DNA of 64,000 bases from the NCBI GenBank assembly GCA_020053305.1, contig JAGVNJ010000006.1, positions 13,166 through 77,165 on the forward strand, given 5' to 3'. Below are positions 24,742 through 33,170 of this stretch, piece by piece; the first letter of the stretch is position 1; each line of letters begins with the position of its first letter. Position numbers and translations under genes: made by a program. The stretch comes from Candidatus Edwardsbacteria bacterium. Lineage in GTDB: Bacteria; Edwardsbacteria; AC1; EtOH8. Below the pieces are notes generated by a model that was not told the origin of the DNA, made no database searches, and saw only the letters and a program-made list of their open reading frames with translations.

Positions 24742-25416
24742 TCATCTTATCTGCCAGATCTTATGCATCTGTCTGATGATGCTAACCTGAGATAACATCT
24801 CCCCGGCCAGAGCCTGGTATCTGCGCACCGTTTGCATATCCGGGGCGGATTTCCCTTCGGCCGGCTGGAGGACAAGAATGATGTCCTTATTTATTTCCGA
24901 AATCATTCTGGCGGCCCGCTCAACTTCAGCTGGAACAGTATTGTCGCATATCACCATTTTGACAAACACCTTGGTCTGGGCGGTCTCCAAAAACCTTTTC
25001 TGCTCACCCCAAAGGTCTTTTCCGCAGGCCGAGGGGGGCTTGATGTCCATAGAGATGATATCTATCCCAGAGATAATGGATGCTAATTCCCGGGGCAGGG
25101 TTCCGTTGGTCTCCAGATAGGTCCGAAACTTTTTTTCTTTTAAGGTCGGAGTGATGGCGGAAATGAATTCCGTCTGCAGCAGCGGCTCCCCGCCGGTAAA
25201 GGAGACGAACTGCCCTGATTGAGTGATGGCATTTATTTTAGCCAAGACATCAGAAGCGTCCATCTCTATTGCTTTGCCGTCGTCCTTGGCCTGCGGGGTA
25301 TCACAATAATAACAGTCCAGATTGCAACTGACCAAGCGCACAAAGGTGGTGGGATCGCCCAGATATATGCCCTCGCCCTGCAAAGAATGGAATATTTCTG
25401 TTATCTTGGCTTTCAT
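24742..25416 (-). CDS. queE: 7-carboxy-7-deazaguanine synthase (radical SAM)
   Basis: MKAKITEIFHSLQGEGIYLGDPTTFVRLVSCNLDCYYCDT. The internal ATG at 25416 overlaps the upstream stop (ATGA). Confidence 0.85.
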   Translation of the reverse strand: MKAKITEIFHSLQGEGIYLGDPTTFVRLVSCNLDCYYCDTPQAKDDGKAIEMDASDVLAKINAITQSGQFVSFTGGEPLLQTEFISAITPTLKEKKFRTYLETNGTLPRELASIISGIDIISMDIKPPSACGKDLWGEQKRFLETAQTKVFVKMVICDNTVPAEVERAARMISEINKDIILVLQPAEGKSAPDMQTVRRYQALAGEMLSQVSIIRQMHKIWQIR

Positions 25417-26057
25417 GTTTGCCGGTATATTTTGAAATCGGAATTTTGGCTCTCCACCCTGATCCTTCCCTTGCTGATCAGGGCATTCCACGCGGCCTGC
25501 ATCCGGAATTCCGAAGGGAGCAGAAATCCTTCTAAAAGCAAGAATTTCATCTCCATTTCAAATTCTTTGACCGGCCACTTCAGCTTGGGCATGGTGGCGT
25601 TTATCTGCTTCAACTCCAGACTCTGGGGATCGTACAGCAGTTCGCCGGCCAGGTCGCCCTTTTTGGCTTTTTGGGGTTTGAAGGTTATCTTTCCGGATTC
25701 CTGGTCCACCCGGAAATTGTAGGCCGGATCGGTCAACTTGGGAAGCTTTGAACTTTCTCTGCTTCCCTTTTTCCCCTCGCCCTTCTCCTCTTTTTTATCG
25801 GAGGAATACAGCAGGGAGTACTCCTGCAGTGAATCGCCCTTGAATTTCTGCCAGGTCCTGACAGTATCGGTCTTTTCTATTCCGCCCTGCTTGTCCAGCT
25901 TATGGACATAGGTAATGGTGTTAAAGCTGTAGACCAGTTCTTTTTGGGCCTTTTTCTGCTGATCCATCTTCTGCTGCAGTTTGATGAGGGTTGAATCCTG
26001 AGCAGTAACACTAATTGGCAATACTACCATTGCCAGAAAGCTATAAAAATTAAACAT
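25413..26057 (-). CDS. Hypothetical secreted protein
   Basis: N-terminal signal peptide (MFNFYSFLAMVVLPISVTAQ). No recognisable motif. Confidence 0.5.
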   Translation of the reverse strand: MFNFYSFLAMVVLPISVTAQDSTLIKLQQKMDQQKKAQKELVYSFNTITYVHKLDKQGGIEKTDTVRTWQKFKGDSLQEYSLLYSSDKKEEKGEGKKGSRESSKLPKLTDPAYNFRVDQESGKITFKPQKAKKGDLAGELLYDPQSLELKQINATMPKLKWPVKEFEMEMKFLLLEGFLLPSEFRMQAAWNALISKGRIRVESQNSDFKIYRQT

Positions 26058-26075
26058 GCTTTTCTTGATAATTTT

Positions 26076-26954
26076 TTAAGGAAATGTAATCTGTTGTTTA
26101 TTTGAACCATCGGCATTCATTATCCAAAGATACCCATTTCTGTCGTCCTCATGCGGTGCAATATAATAATCATGACGACAATATACGATTTTATCACCAC
26201 CTGGTGACCAATCAGGGTCTATACCGCCTTCCGTTGTTAATTGTTTTTTGTTAGATCCATCAATATTTATTGTATATACATTCACCTTTTCACCACCTTC
26301 GAAAGCAAATTCTCCACAACTTGGCGACCAATCAGCAGTATAAACGTGTCCTGTTTCCGGACATATTTGTTGTACATTCCCGCCATTACTATCGGCAACA
26401 TATATGTTAGTTACACTTTTTGTTGTATAAGATAATTGAAAATTTTTAGACCAATCATAATCTGCTATTGAAATTAATGGAATTCTTAGCGTATCGTCTG
26501 TTCCGTCACCATTTATAAAATGCAGGCCATTATAATTATCATGAAATGAAATTCTCTTTCCATCTGGTAGCCATTTTGAATAATAATGTGGGCCATCTGT
26601 CAGTTGCGTAAGGCTGTCTCCATTGGGTTTGATTTTAAAAACATATTCAAACGCAAAAGTTATCCAGTTCCCATCGGGCGTCCAATCCGGTGGGCCGCCA
26701 AAAGCCGACAGCATTTGTTTTTCATGTGTATTAACATCGACAATCCATAATTCATACTTATAACCATGTGATAGCAGCGTGTCCCTATGAACATACGCTA
26801 TTTTACTACCGCCTGGAGACCATGCTGGCGAAGCATCTATCCAACCGTAAGCTATTCCCCAATCGCCATCATCATCCGGGGGTGGTGTTGGTTCTTTCTT
26901 GGAGCAATTTAAGATAGATAAACCCAATATTATGATACACAATAGTTTTTTCAA
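26076..26954 (-). CDS. PD40/TolB-like beta-propeller lipoprotein (AT-rich)
   Basis: Lipobox LSILNCS. Repeated WSPxGxxIAY/F-type PD40 motifs (AWSPGGSKIAYV, DWTPDGNWITF, DWSPGGDKIVY). TTG start overlapping the queC stop. Confidence 0.7.
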   Translation of the reverse strand: MKKLLCIIILGLSILNCSKKEPTPPPDDDGDWGIAYGWIDASPAWSPGGSKIAYVHRDTLLSHGYKYELWIVDVNTHEKQMLSAFGGPPDWTPDGNWITFAFEYVFKIKPNGDSLTQLTDGPHYYSKWLPDGKRISFHDNYNGLHFINGDGTDDTLRIPLISIADYDWSKNFQLSYTTKSVTNIYVADSNGGNVQQICPETGHVYTADWSPSCGEFAFEGGEKVNVYTINIDGSNKKQLTTEGGIDPDWSPGGDKIVYCRHDYYIAPHEDDRNGYLWIMNADGSNKQQITFP

Positions 26955-27655
26955 ATTTTTGTCTTCCGTTTTTGTGAATAAAGGCCTGCTGGATCTTTCT
27001 TCTTGGTCTCACTAAACCCCTTGGCCCGCAGAAGGCAGGAATCGCAGGTCCCGCAGGGCTTTTCCCCCCCGCTGTAGCAGGACCAGGTCAGTTTATATGG
27101 TACGCCCAATTTATTTCCCAATTTTATGATCTGGGCTTTGGTCAGTTTCAGCAGTGGCGCGATGATCCTGATGGGCCTTCCCTGCCTACCTGCCCTGGTG
27201 CCCAGCCTGAAGACCTTTGCCATGGCGGCAATAAAATCCGGCCGGCAGTCGGGGTAGCCTGAGTAATCCAGAGCGTTGGCTCCGATCATCACCGCTCCGG
27301 CCCCGGCGGCCTCGGCCAACGACAGACCATAGCTGAGGAACAGGGTGTTGCGCCCCGGCACGTAGGTGGAGGGGATATGTGCGCCGATATCCTTGACCGT
27401 CTTGGCCTTGGGTAGGACGGATTTTTTGTCCAGCAGGCTGCTGCCCTGCCAGGGCAAATTTATGGAAATTGCCCGATACGGAACCCCGGCCTTTTTACAC
27501 AAAGCTTTGGCCGAACCGACCTCGCGGCGATGCCGCTGGCCGTAATCGAATATCAGGGCCTGTGCCCGGTAGCCTTTGTTGACGGCCCAGTACAGCACGG
27601 TGGCCGAATCCAGCCCGCCGGACAGCAGGATCACAGCTTTTTTATTTAGGCCCAT
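26951..27655 (-). CDS. queC: 7-cyano-7-deazaguanine synthase
   Basis: KAVILLSGGLDSATVL PP-loop motif and a C-terminal Cys cluster (CYSGGEKPCGTCDSC). Confidence 0.9.
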   Translation of the reverse strand: MGLNKKAVILLSGGLDSATVLYWAVNKGYRAQALIFDYGQRHRREVGSAKALCKKAGVPYRAISINLPWQGSSLLDKKSVLPKAKTVKDIGAHIPSTYVPGRNTLFLSYGLSLAEAAGAGAVMIGANALDYSGYPDCRPDFIAAMAKVFRLGTRAGRQGRPIRIIAPLLKLTKAQIIKLGNKLGVPYKLTWSCYSGGEKPCGTCDSCLLRAKGFSETKKKDPAGLYSQKRKTKI

Positions 27656-28013
27656 AGGTGGCCTTGCATCCTTCGCTTTCCCAAACTACAACGTGATAGA
27701 CCTTGATCTTCTTGCTGCTGAATTTCAACAGCATCTCCTCGTAGATCAGCTTGGCGATATTCTCGGCGGTGGGATTGATCTTATCGAACGGCTTGATCTC
27801 GTTGAGGTGTTTGTGGTCCATCCGGGAAAGGATCTTGTCCAGGGCCGACCGCAGGTCGGTAAAGTCCACCACCATGCCGGCCTTGGTCAGTTCCAGGCCT
27901 TTCAACTCCACCTCCACTTTGTAGTTGTGGCCGTGCAGGTTTTCGCACTTCCCCTGGTAGCCCCTTAAGCTGTGGGCTGCGGAAAAATGCTGGACGGCGG
28001 ATACGTAGTACAT
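27642..28013 (-). CDS. queD: 6-carboxy-5,6,7,8-tetrahydropterin synthase
   Basis: FSAAHSLRGYQGKCENLHGHNYKVEV. Confidence 0.9.
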   Translation of the reverse strand: MYYVSAVQHFSAAHSLRGYQGKCENLHGHNYKVEVELKGLELTKAGMVVDFTDLRSALDKILSRMDHKHLNEIKPFDKINPTAENIAKLIYEEMLLKFSSKKIKVYHVVVWESEGCKATYGPK

Positions 28014-28054
28014 AGTTTCTCCTTATGTCGTGATTTTAGTGATTAATTTCTACA

Positions 28055-28295
28055 TTTTGTCATCCCGAGCGCCTGTCCCGATAAAGACAAGAAGCTTAAC
28101 TATTGAAGGAACACGTCGAAGCAACACAGATTGAGGGATGACCCTGTCACCCTTTCGGCTTGCCAACCAATATTGATTTCTCAGAGTGACAGTGGTCTCG
28201 TCATCGCGAGAAGACCGCTTTACTTTACAACTGAAGCGAACCAAAGCCTGGATTGCTTCGCTTGTCGATTAATCAGCCGACCTCGCAATGACAGA
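28055..28295. repeat. Three consecutive REP-like palindromic modules (GTCATYSYGAG-arm family)
   Basis: Arm pairs: GTCATCCC...GGGATGAC (28059-28142), CTGTCAC...GTGACAG (28144-28191), GTCATCGCGAG...CTCGCAATGAC (28200-28293). Confidence 0.65.
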
Positions 28296-28299
28296 TCCG

Positions 28300-28701
28300 T
28301 TATTTGTCATCGCAATTATAGCTGGCGGACACGTTAATGGCAATACCCCCCCGGGCATTGAAGAATCCCGTCACCTCGCAACGGCGCGGTTTGGCGATCT
28401 TGACGATGTCGTCCAAAATTTTATTTACCGCCTCTTCGTGGAAGATCCCCATGTTACGATAGGACCACAGGTAGAGTTTTAATGATTTGGATTCTATGAT
28501 CAGCTTGCCTGGCATGTAGTTGATGGTGATGGTCCCGAAGTCCGGCTGACCGGTGATGGGGCAAACCGCGGTGAACTCGGCCGATTCCAGCACCACCTGG
28601 TAATCACGCTTGGGATACTTGTTGGGAAAGGCCTCCAGTTTGCCGCTGGGCTTGGTGATCTTTTTACCCAATAATGTCAATCCGTAGTTTTTCTTTGGCA
28701 T
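28300..28701 (-). CDS. queF: NADPH-dependent 7-cyano-7-deazaguanine reductase (unimodular type)
   Basis: EFTAVCPITGQPDFGTITINY and SLKLYLWSYRN motifs. Confidence 0.9.
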   Translation of the reverse strand: MPKKNYGLTLLGKKITKPSGKLEAFPNKYPKRDYQVVLESAEFTAVCPITGQPDFGTITINYMPGKLIIESKSLKLYLWSYRNMGIFHEEAVNKILDDIVKIAKPRRCEVTGFFNARGGIAINVSASYNCDDK

Positions 28702-28734
28702 AATGTTTCCTTCGTTTTTTATATTTATCGAATA

Positions 28735-30717
28735 TTATTTAACCACCACTAATTTCTTGATAGCGCTATTTCCCAGGGCTTTCAAGACATACAGGTAAAC
28801 GCCGTTGGAAACCTTGCGCCCGTTGTTGTCCGTGCCGTTCCAACTTACCTTATTCAAACCGGCATCGCCTTTGCCATCCAGGCTACGGATGATTTGACCG
28901 GTGATGTTGTATATCTCCAAGCTGTAATTGCCGGCCTTTGGCAGGTTAAACGCTATCTTGGTATTTCCCTTAACCGGGTTTGGCTGGTTCTGGTTCAGGC
29001 TCAGTTTGCCGCCATTAACGGCAATGGGGGTGCCGTTAATTCCCCCCGGGATGCCAATAATAACCCATACTATATTGGAGGTATCACTATAACCCTGGGC
29101 ATCCTTTGCCAACAATACATAACTGAAAGTGTCCACTGGTATATGTGGAAATGGCCAATCATCAAAACATCTGACGGTATCTTGGCCGGCCCAGTCAACT
29201 GTATCTATGACCCTAAACTGCGACCAACTGCCGGCCACGCCCTGCCTGCGCAATAGAAAGAAACTGTCCACCGTAGCATCAGTAGATGAACGCAGCCACC
29301 ATAAAGTAATCGGATCGGCGACTGGGAAGCTAACCACCGTCAGGTTTAAATCCGGCGGACTTGGTGGATTGAAAATAGTGCTGTCGGCTTTATATACTGC
29401 ATAAACATTGTTGTGGTTAGCGCCGATTGCGGCATACACACCAACCTGATCTGGGGCGGTAAAAATGGTCGAATCCCAGTTGGCGCCGCCATCGGGGGAG
29501 CAGAATGACTGGGTGCGTGTATAGTTGGTGTTGAGCACACCGCAAATAGCGATGCTATCGCTGGGAGTGGGTCCGGTGAACGCAACCGAGGGCCAGGCAT
29601 AGTAGGGTGCCGGCACAATGATTTCGAACATCCATATGCCGCCCCACAAGCCGTAGCCAATGCCGCCTTCGTCAATGTAGCCCGAAATGGTAAAAGCGTC
29701 GCTGATGATGGAATGATAGACTATCATCGGATAGCCGTCCGAGGAAACATCTATGCCCGGGAAACCTGCCCTGCGAGGGGCCAGGTTGGCTTTTACCCCG
29801 ACGCCGCTGCCGGGAAGATAGTAGTTGTAGCCGATGTTGCGGAGGGGGCCGTTATTGGCGCCGACCGGGCCATAGGTCCAGGCGCAAATAATGTTCTGGG
29901 CTGCATCCATGGCAATACCCTGGGTGTTGCCGGTGCAGGCCCAGTCATAAGCGGTGGTGCCCATGTCCTGCACACCGATGGTAGTATCCAGACCGCCGAG
30001 GTCCATGTCCACCTTGGCATATCTCAAGTGCAGGGTATCGTCAGCGCCCACTCCCTGGATGTTGGAGCCGGGTGCCCGGGAATCGTCGGCGTAAAACAAG
30101 TGGATGCCGTTGATCGCTCGTTTGGCTATCTTGGGATACACTTGGCAGGAATCGCTGGGATACAAGGCCTGGATGTAATTGGAGACGTTCACCGCTGATC
30201 CCCAGGTGGTGCCGTTGTCGGTGGAACGGGAGATGTAGATGTCGCCCTCGTAGACATTCTCCCAGCCGGGATAGCCACCCATGTAATAGTCGCCCCAGCT
30301 TACATACAGGTCCCCATTGTCGGCCACGCACATGCCGGTCCATCCGTGGAATACCAGGCCGCTGTCCACCGCCACCACCCCGGTGGCTGCGGACCAGAAC
30401 CAGGTATAGCTATAGCCGTTGAAGTCGTTGCCGCCGGCGAACGAAAACACAGGGCTTCCATCGGCCTTGATAGCAACCTGCGAAGGGTTGAACAACACCC
30501 ATTTGCCGGAGGCCGCGTAGTTGAAATTGGTAACATTGACGGGCGTGGTATAGGTCACGCCAAAATCGGTGGACGTGGCAATATACATATTGCTGGTTAA
30601 AGTGAAGGCCTTGGCGCCAGTCTTTTTTGTGTTCAGCCGGGGAGCATAGCTGTCATTAAAAGCAAAAGCCGATGCTGTCATGGCCAGGACCAATGCAACG
30701 ATTAAAACTTTTTTCAT
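28735..30717 (-). CDS. Secreted protein with C-terminal T9SS/FlgD-Ig-like sorting domain, paralog 1
   Basis: Signal peptide, BNR-like STDxGxTW motifs (SRSTDNGTTWG), C-terminal LNQNQPNPVKGNTKIAFNLPKAGNYSLEIYNITGQ...NGVYLYVLK. Confidence 0.7.
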   Translation of the reverse strand: MKKVLIVALVLAMTASAFAFNDSYAPRLNTKKTGAKAFTLTSNMYIATSTDFGVTYTTPVNVTNFNYAASGKWVLFNPSQVAIKADGSPVFSFAGGNDFNGYSYTWFWSAATGVVAVDSGLVFHGWTGMCVADNGDLYVSWGDYYMGGYPGWENVYEGDIYISRSTDNGTTWGSAVNVSNYIQALYPSDSCQVYPKIAKRAINGIHLFYADDSRAPGSNIQGVGADDTLHLRYAKVDMDLGGLDTTIGVQDMGTTAYDWACTGNTQGIAMDAAQNIICAWTYGPVGANNGPLRNIGYNYYLPGSGVGVKANLAPRRAGFPGIDVSSDGYPMIVYHSIISDAFTISGYIDEGGIGYGLWGGIWMFEIIVPAPYYAWPSVAFTGPTPSDSIAICGVLNTNYTRTQSFCSPDGGANWDSTIFTAPDQVGVYAAIGANHNNVYAVYKADSTIFNPPSPPDLNLTVVSFPVADPITLWWLRSSTDATVDSFFLLRRQGVAGSWSQFRVIDTVDWAGQDTVRCFDDWPFPHIPVDTFSYVLLAKDAQGYSDTSNIVWVIIGIPGGINGTPIAVNGGKLSLNQNQPNPVKGNTKIAFNLPKAGNYSLEIYNITGQIIRSLDGKGDAGLNKVSWNGTDNNGRKVSNGVYLYVLKALGNSAIKKLVVVK

Positions 30718-30825
30718 GAGTTGGATTCCTTTTTAAGGTTTTAAATTAGTTGCTGACCGGCATATTTGTTGCGCCGTTTTTTTTGCTTAATCAGGATTTT
30801 ACCTGTGCCGGTTTTCACCGGCTTT

Positions 30826-31020
30826 ATTCAAGATATTCTCACTTCCCCGCTGTTCCCGTCCACCGTGATCTCGTCCCCGTCCTTTATCTCCGCCGTGGCC
30901 CGTGACCCCCACCACCTGGTAATCCCGCTTGGGGTACTTGTTGGGGAAGACCTCCAGCTTGCCGCTGGACCTGGTGACCTTTTTACCCAATAATGTCAGT
31001 CCGTAGTTTTTCTTTGGCAT
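30826..31020 (-). pseudogene. Duplication junction: 5' fragment of queF (30911-31020) fused to a 3' fragment of the PEP-utilising enzyme gene (30826-30917)
   Basis: MPKKNYGLTLLGKKVTRSSGKLEVFPNKYPKRDYQVV matches the queF N-terminus. 30826-30900 matches 33166-33240. The junction falls at a shared CACCACC. Confidence 0.85.
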
Positions 31021-31053
31021 AATTGTTCCTTATTTTTAATATTTATCAAAATA

Positions 31054-33060
31054 TCATTTAACCACCACTAATCTCTTAGTAGCGCTCTTGTCCAGAGCCT
31101 TCAATGTATACAGGTAAACGCCATTGGGAACCTTGCGTCCGTTCTTATCGCAGCCGTTCCAGCTGATCTTGTTCATACCGGGGTTGCCCTGGCCTTTCAG
31201 GACGTTAGTTATCTGCCCGGTTACGTTGTAAATGGTGATGGAATATCTGCCAGCTCGTGGCAAGTTGAAAGAAAACTCTGTATTTCTGCTAACCGGGTTG
31301 GGTCGGTTCTGGTTCAGGCTCAATTTGCCGCCATTAAATGCAATGGGAGTACCCTTAATTCCCAAGATACTATCGCCAACAATAACCCATACCATATTGG
31401 AGGTATTGCTATAGCTCCAGGGACTTTTTGCTAACAATACATAATAGAAAGTGTCCACCGGGGAATATGGTAATGTCCAGCCATCAGAGCACCTGCCGGT
31501 ATCTTGACCAGCCAAGGCAACTGTATCCATGGCCATAAACTGCGCCCAACTGCCGGCCTCGCCCACCCTGCGCAATAGAAAGAAACTGTCCACGGTGGCG
31601 TCAGTGGATGAACGCAGCCACCATAAAGTAATGGAATCGGCGGTTGGCGCGCCAACCGTCAGATTCAGAGTTGGGGCATCATAAGAAGGAGGATACACGA
31701 CGCTGTCGGCATAGAAAACCCCATAAATACCCAGCTTGCTGGCGCCAATTGCCGCATATGTGCCGGATCCTTCGAACCGGGGAAACCCTCCGATGATTAC
31801 CGATATTAAAGGAGAGGTCCAGGCCGGTAAAAACGTATAATTTACATCGGCGATATTTCCTCCGCAAAATGCCACGCTATCCGATGGGTTCCCGCCCGCG
31901 TCAATGGCGCTGCCAACAAATGTCACCGATGGCCAGGCATAGGCAGACAGTAATACAGTGTCTTGGGTGGTCCACAACCCGGTGCCTACGCCGCCCGTAT
32001 CAACTATCGCGGCACCCACTAAAACGCCGTCCAATAAGGAATGGTAGGCAACGCAGACGGCTCCATTCACGTTTGATACATCTATGCCGGGGAAACCGGC
32101 CCGCTGAGGAGCCAAGTTATTTACCATTGTTCCAGCGCCGGAACCGGGTATATAATAATTATAGCCGATGTTCCTAAGGGCACCGCCGGGACTAGCAATA
32201 GGTCCATATGTCCAGGCGCAAGCCGCCTGCTCTATGCTGTCAATAGCAATACCCTGGGTATTGCCGGTAATCGCCCAGTCGTAAGCGGTCCAACCCATGT
32301 CATTGACGCCCACCGTAACGTCAAGCCCGCTTAAGTCCAAGTTAACCTTGGCATAGCGCAAAAACACGGAATCCGCAACGCCAATCCCCTGGATAAAGGA
32401 GCCGGGAGACTTGGAGTCATCGGCCCAAAGCAAATGCACGCCCGATATTGCCCGGCGGGCCAGCTTGGGATATGTCTGGCAGGAATCGTTGGGGTTTAAC
32501 GCCTGGATGTAATTGGAAACGTTTACCTTGGCGCCCCAGCTGGCTCCGTTATCGGTGGAGCGGGCGATAAAGATGTCGCCGGCTGTGGTATTCTCCCATC
32601 CCGGATAAAAGCCGCCATAATAATCGCCCCAGCTGACGTAGATATCGCCGTTATCGGCCACGGCTACGCTAGACCAAACATGCATGCTGGTGCTGCTGTC
32701 CACCACCACCAGGCCGGTGGCCGCGGACCAGAACCAGGTGTGGCTGTAGCCGTTAAAATCATTGCCTCCGTCGAAAGCCACTACCGGATTGCCGTCAGGT
32801 TTTATAGCTATTTGTGAGGGCACACCCATAAGCCATTTACCGTCCAATCCGTAGCTGATAAAGTCGGTAATTTTTGTCAAATCGCTATAGGCCTGCCCTC
32901 TATCGGTTGAATAGGCGAAATAAATGTTGCTTATGGTGTAGACTGGTTTGGCCTCGGCTTTTTTAGAGGGCGGGTGCGGAGCAAAATCATCCGTTACAGC
33001 ATGGGCCGCCATTGTAAATACTATCAGCAACCATAGGCACAAAATCAAACTTTTTTTCAT
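31054..33060 (-). CDS. Secreted protein with C-terminal T9SS/FlgD-Ig-like sorting domain, paralog 2
   Basis: Collinear with 28735-30717, with identical blocks such as ITLWWLRSSTDATVDSFFLLRR and GGNDFNGYS.TWFWSAATG, but otherwise substantially diverged. Confidence 0.7.
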   Translation of the reverse strand: MKKSLILCLWLLIVFTMAAHAVTDDFAPHPPSKKAEAKPVYTISNIYFAYSTDRGQAYSDLTKITDFISYGLDGKWLMGVPSQIAIKPDGNPVVAFDGGNDFNGYSHTWFWSAATGLVVVDSSTSMHVWSSVAVADNGDIYVSWGDYYGGFYPGWENTTAGDIFIARSTDNGASWGAKVNVSNYIQALNPNDSCQTYPKLARRAISGVHLLWADDSKSPGSFIQGIGVADSVFLRYAKVNLDLSGLDVTVGVNDMGWTAYDWAITGNTQGIAIDSIEQAACAWTYGPIASPGGALRNIGYNYYIPGSGAGTMVNNLAPQRAGFPGIDVSNVNGAVCVAYHSLLDGVLVGAAIVDTGGVGTGLWTTQDTVLLSAYAWPSVTFVGSAIDAGGNPSDSVAFCGGNIADVNYTFLPAWTSPLISVIIGGFPRFEGSGTYAAIGASKLGIYGVFYADSVVYPPSYDAPTLNLTVGAPTADSITLWWLRSSTDATVDSFFLLRRVGEAGSWAQFMAMDTVALAGQDTGRCSDGWTLPYSPVDTFYYVLLAKSPWSYSNTSNMVWVIVGDSILGIKGTPIAFNGGKLSLNQNRPNPVSRNTEFSFNLPRAGRYSITIYNVTGQITNVLKGQGNPGMNKISWNGCDKNGRKVPNGVYLYTLKALDKSATKRLVVVK

Positions 33061-33170
33061 GAGTTGGATTCCTTTTTAAGGTTTTAAATTAGTTGCTGCC
33101 CGGCATATTTGTTGCGCCGTTTTTTCTTGTTTAATCAGGATTTTACCAGTGTGATTTTCCCCGGCTTTAT

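Noticed and set aside
28014-28734. preQ1 riboswitch upstream of queD/queC or queF
   Set aside because: Reading the minus-strand leaders, I could not find the short P1 hairpin followed by the A-rich tail characteristic of preQ1-I/II. The queD leader is occupied by REP-like palindromes. A covariance-model search would be needed to be sure.
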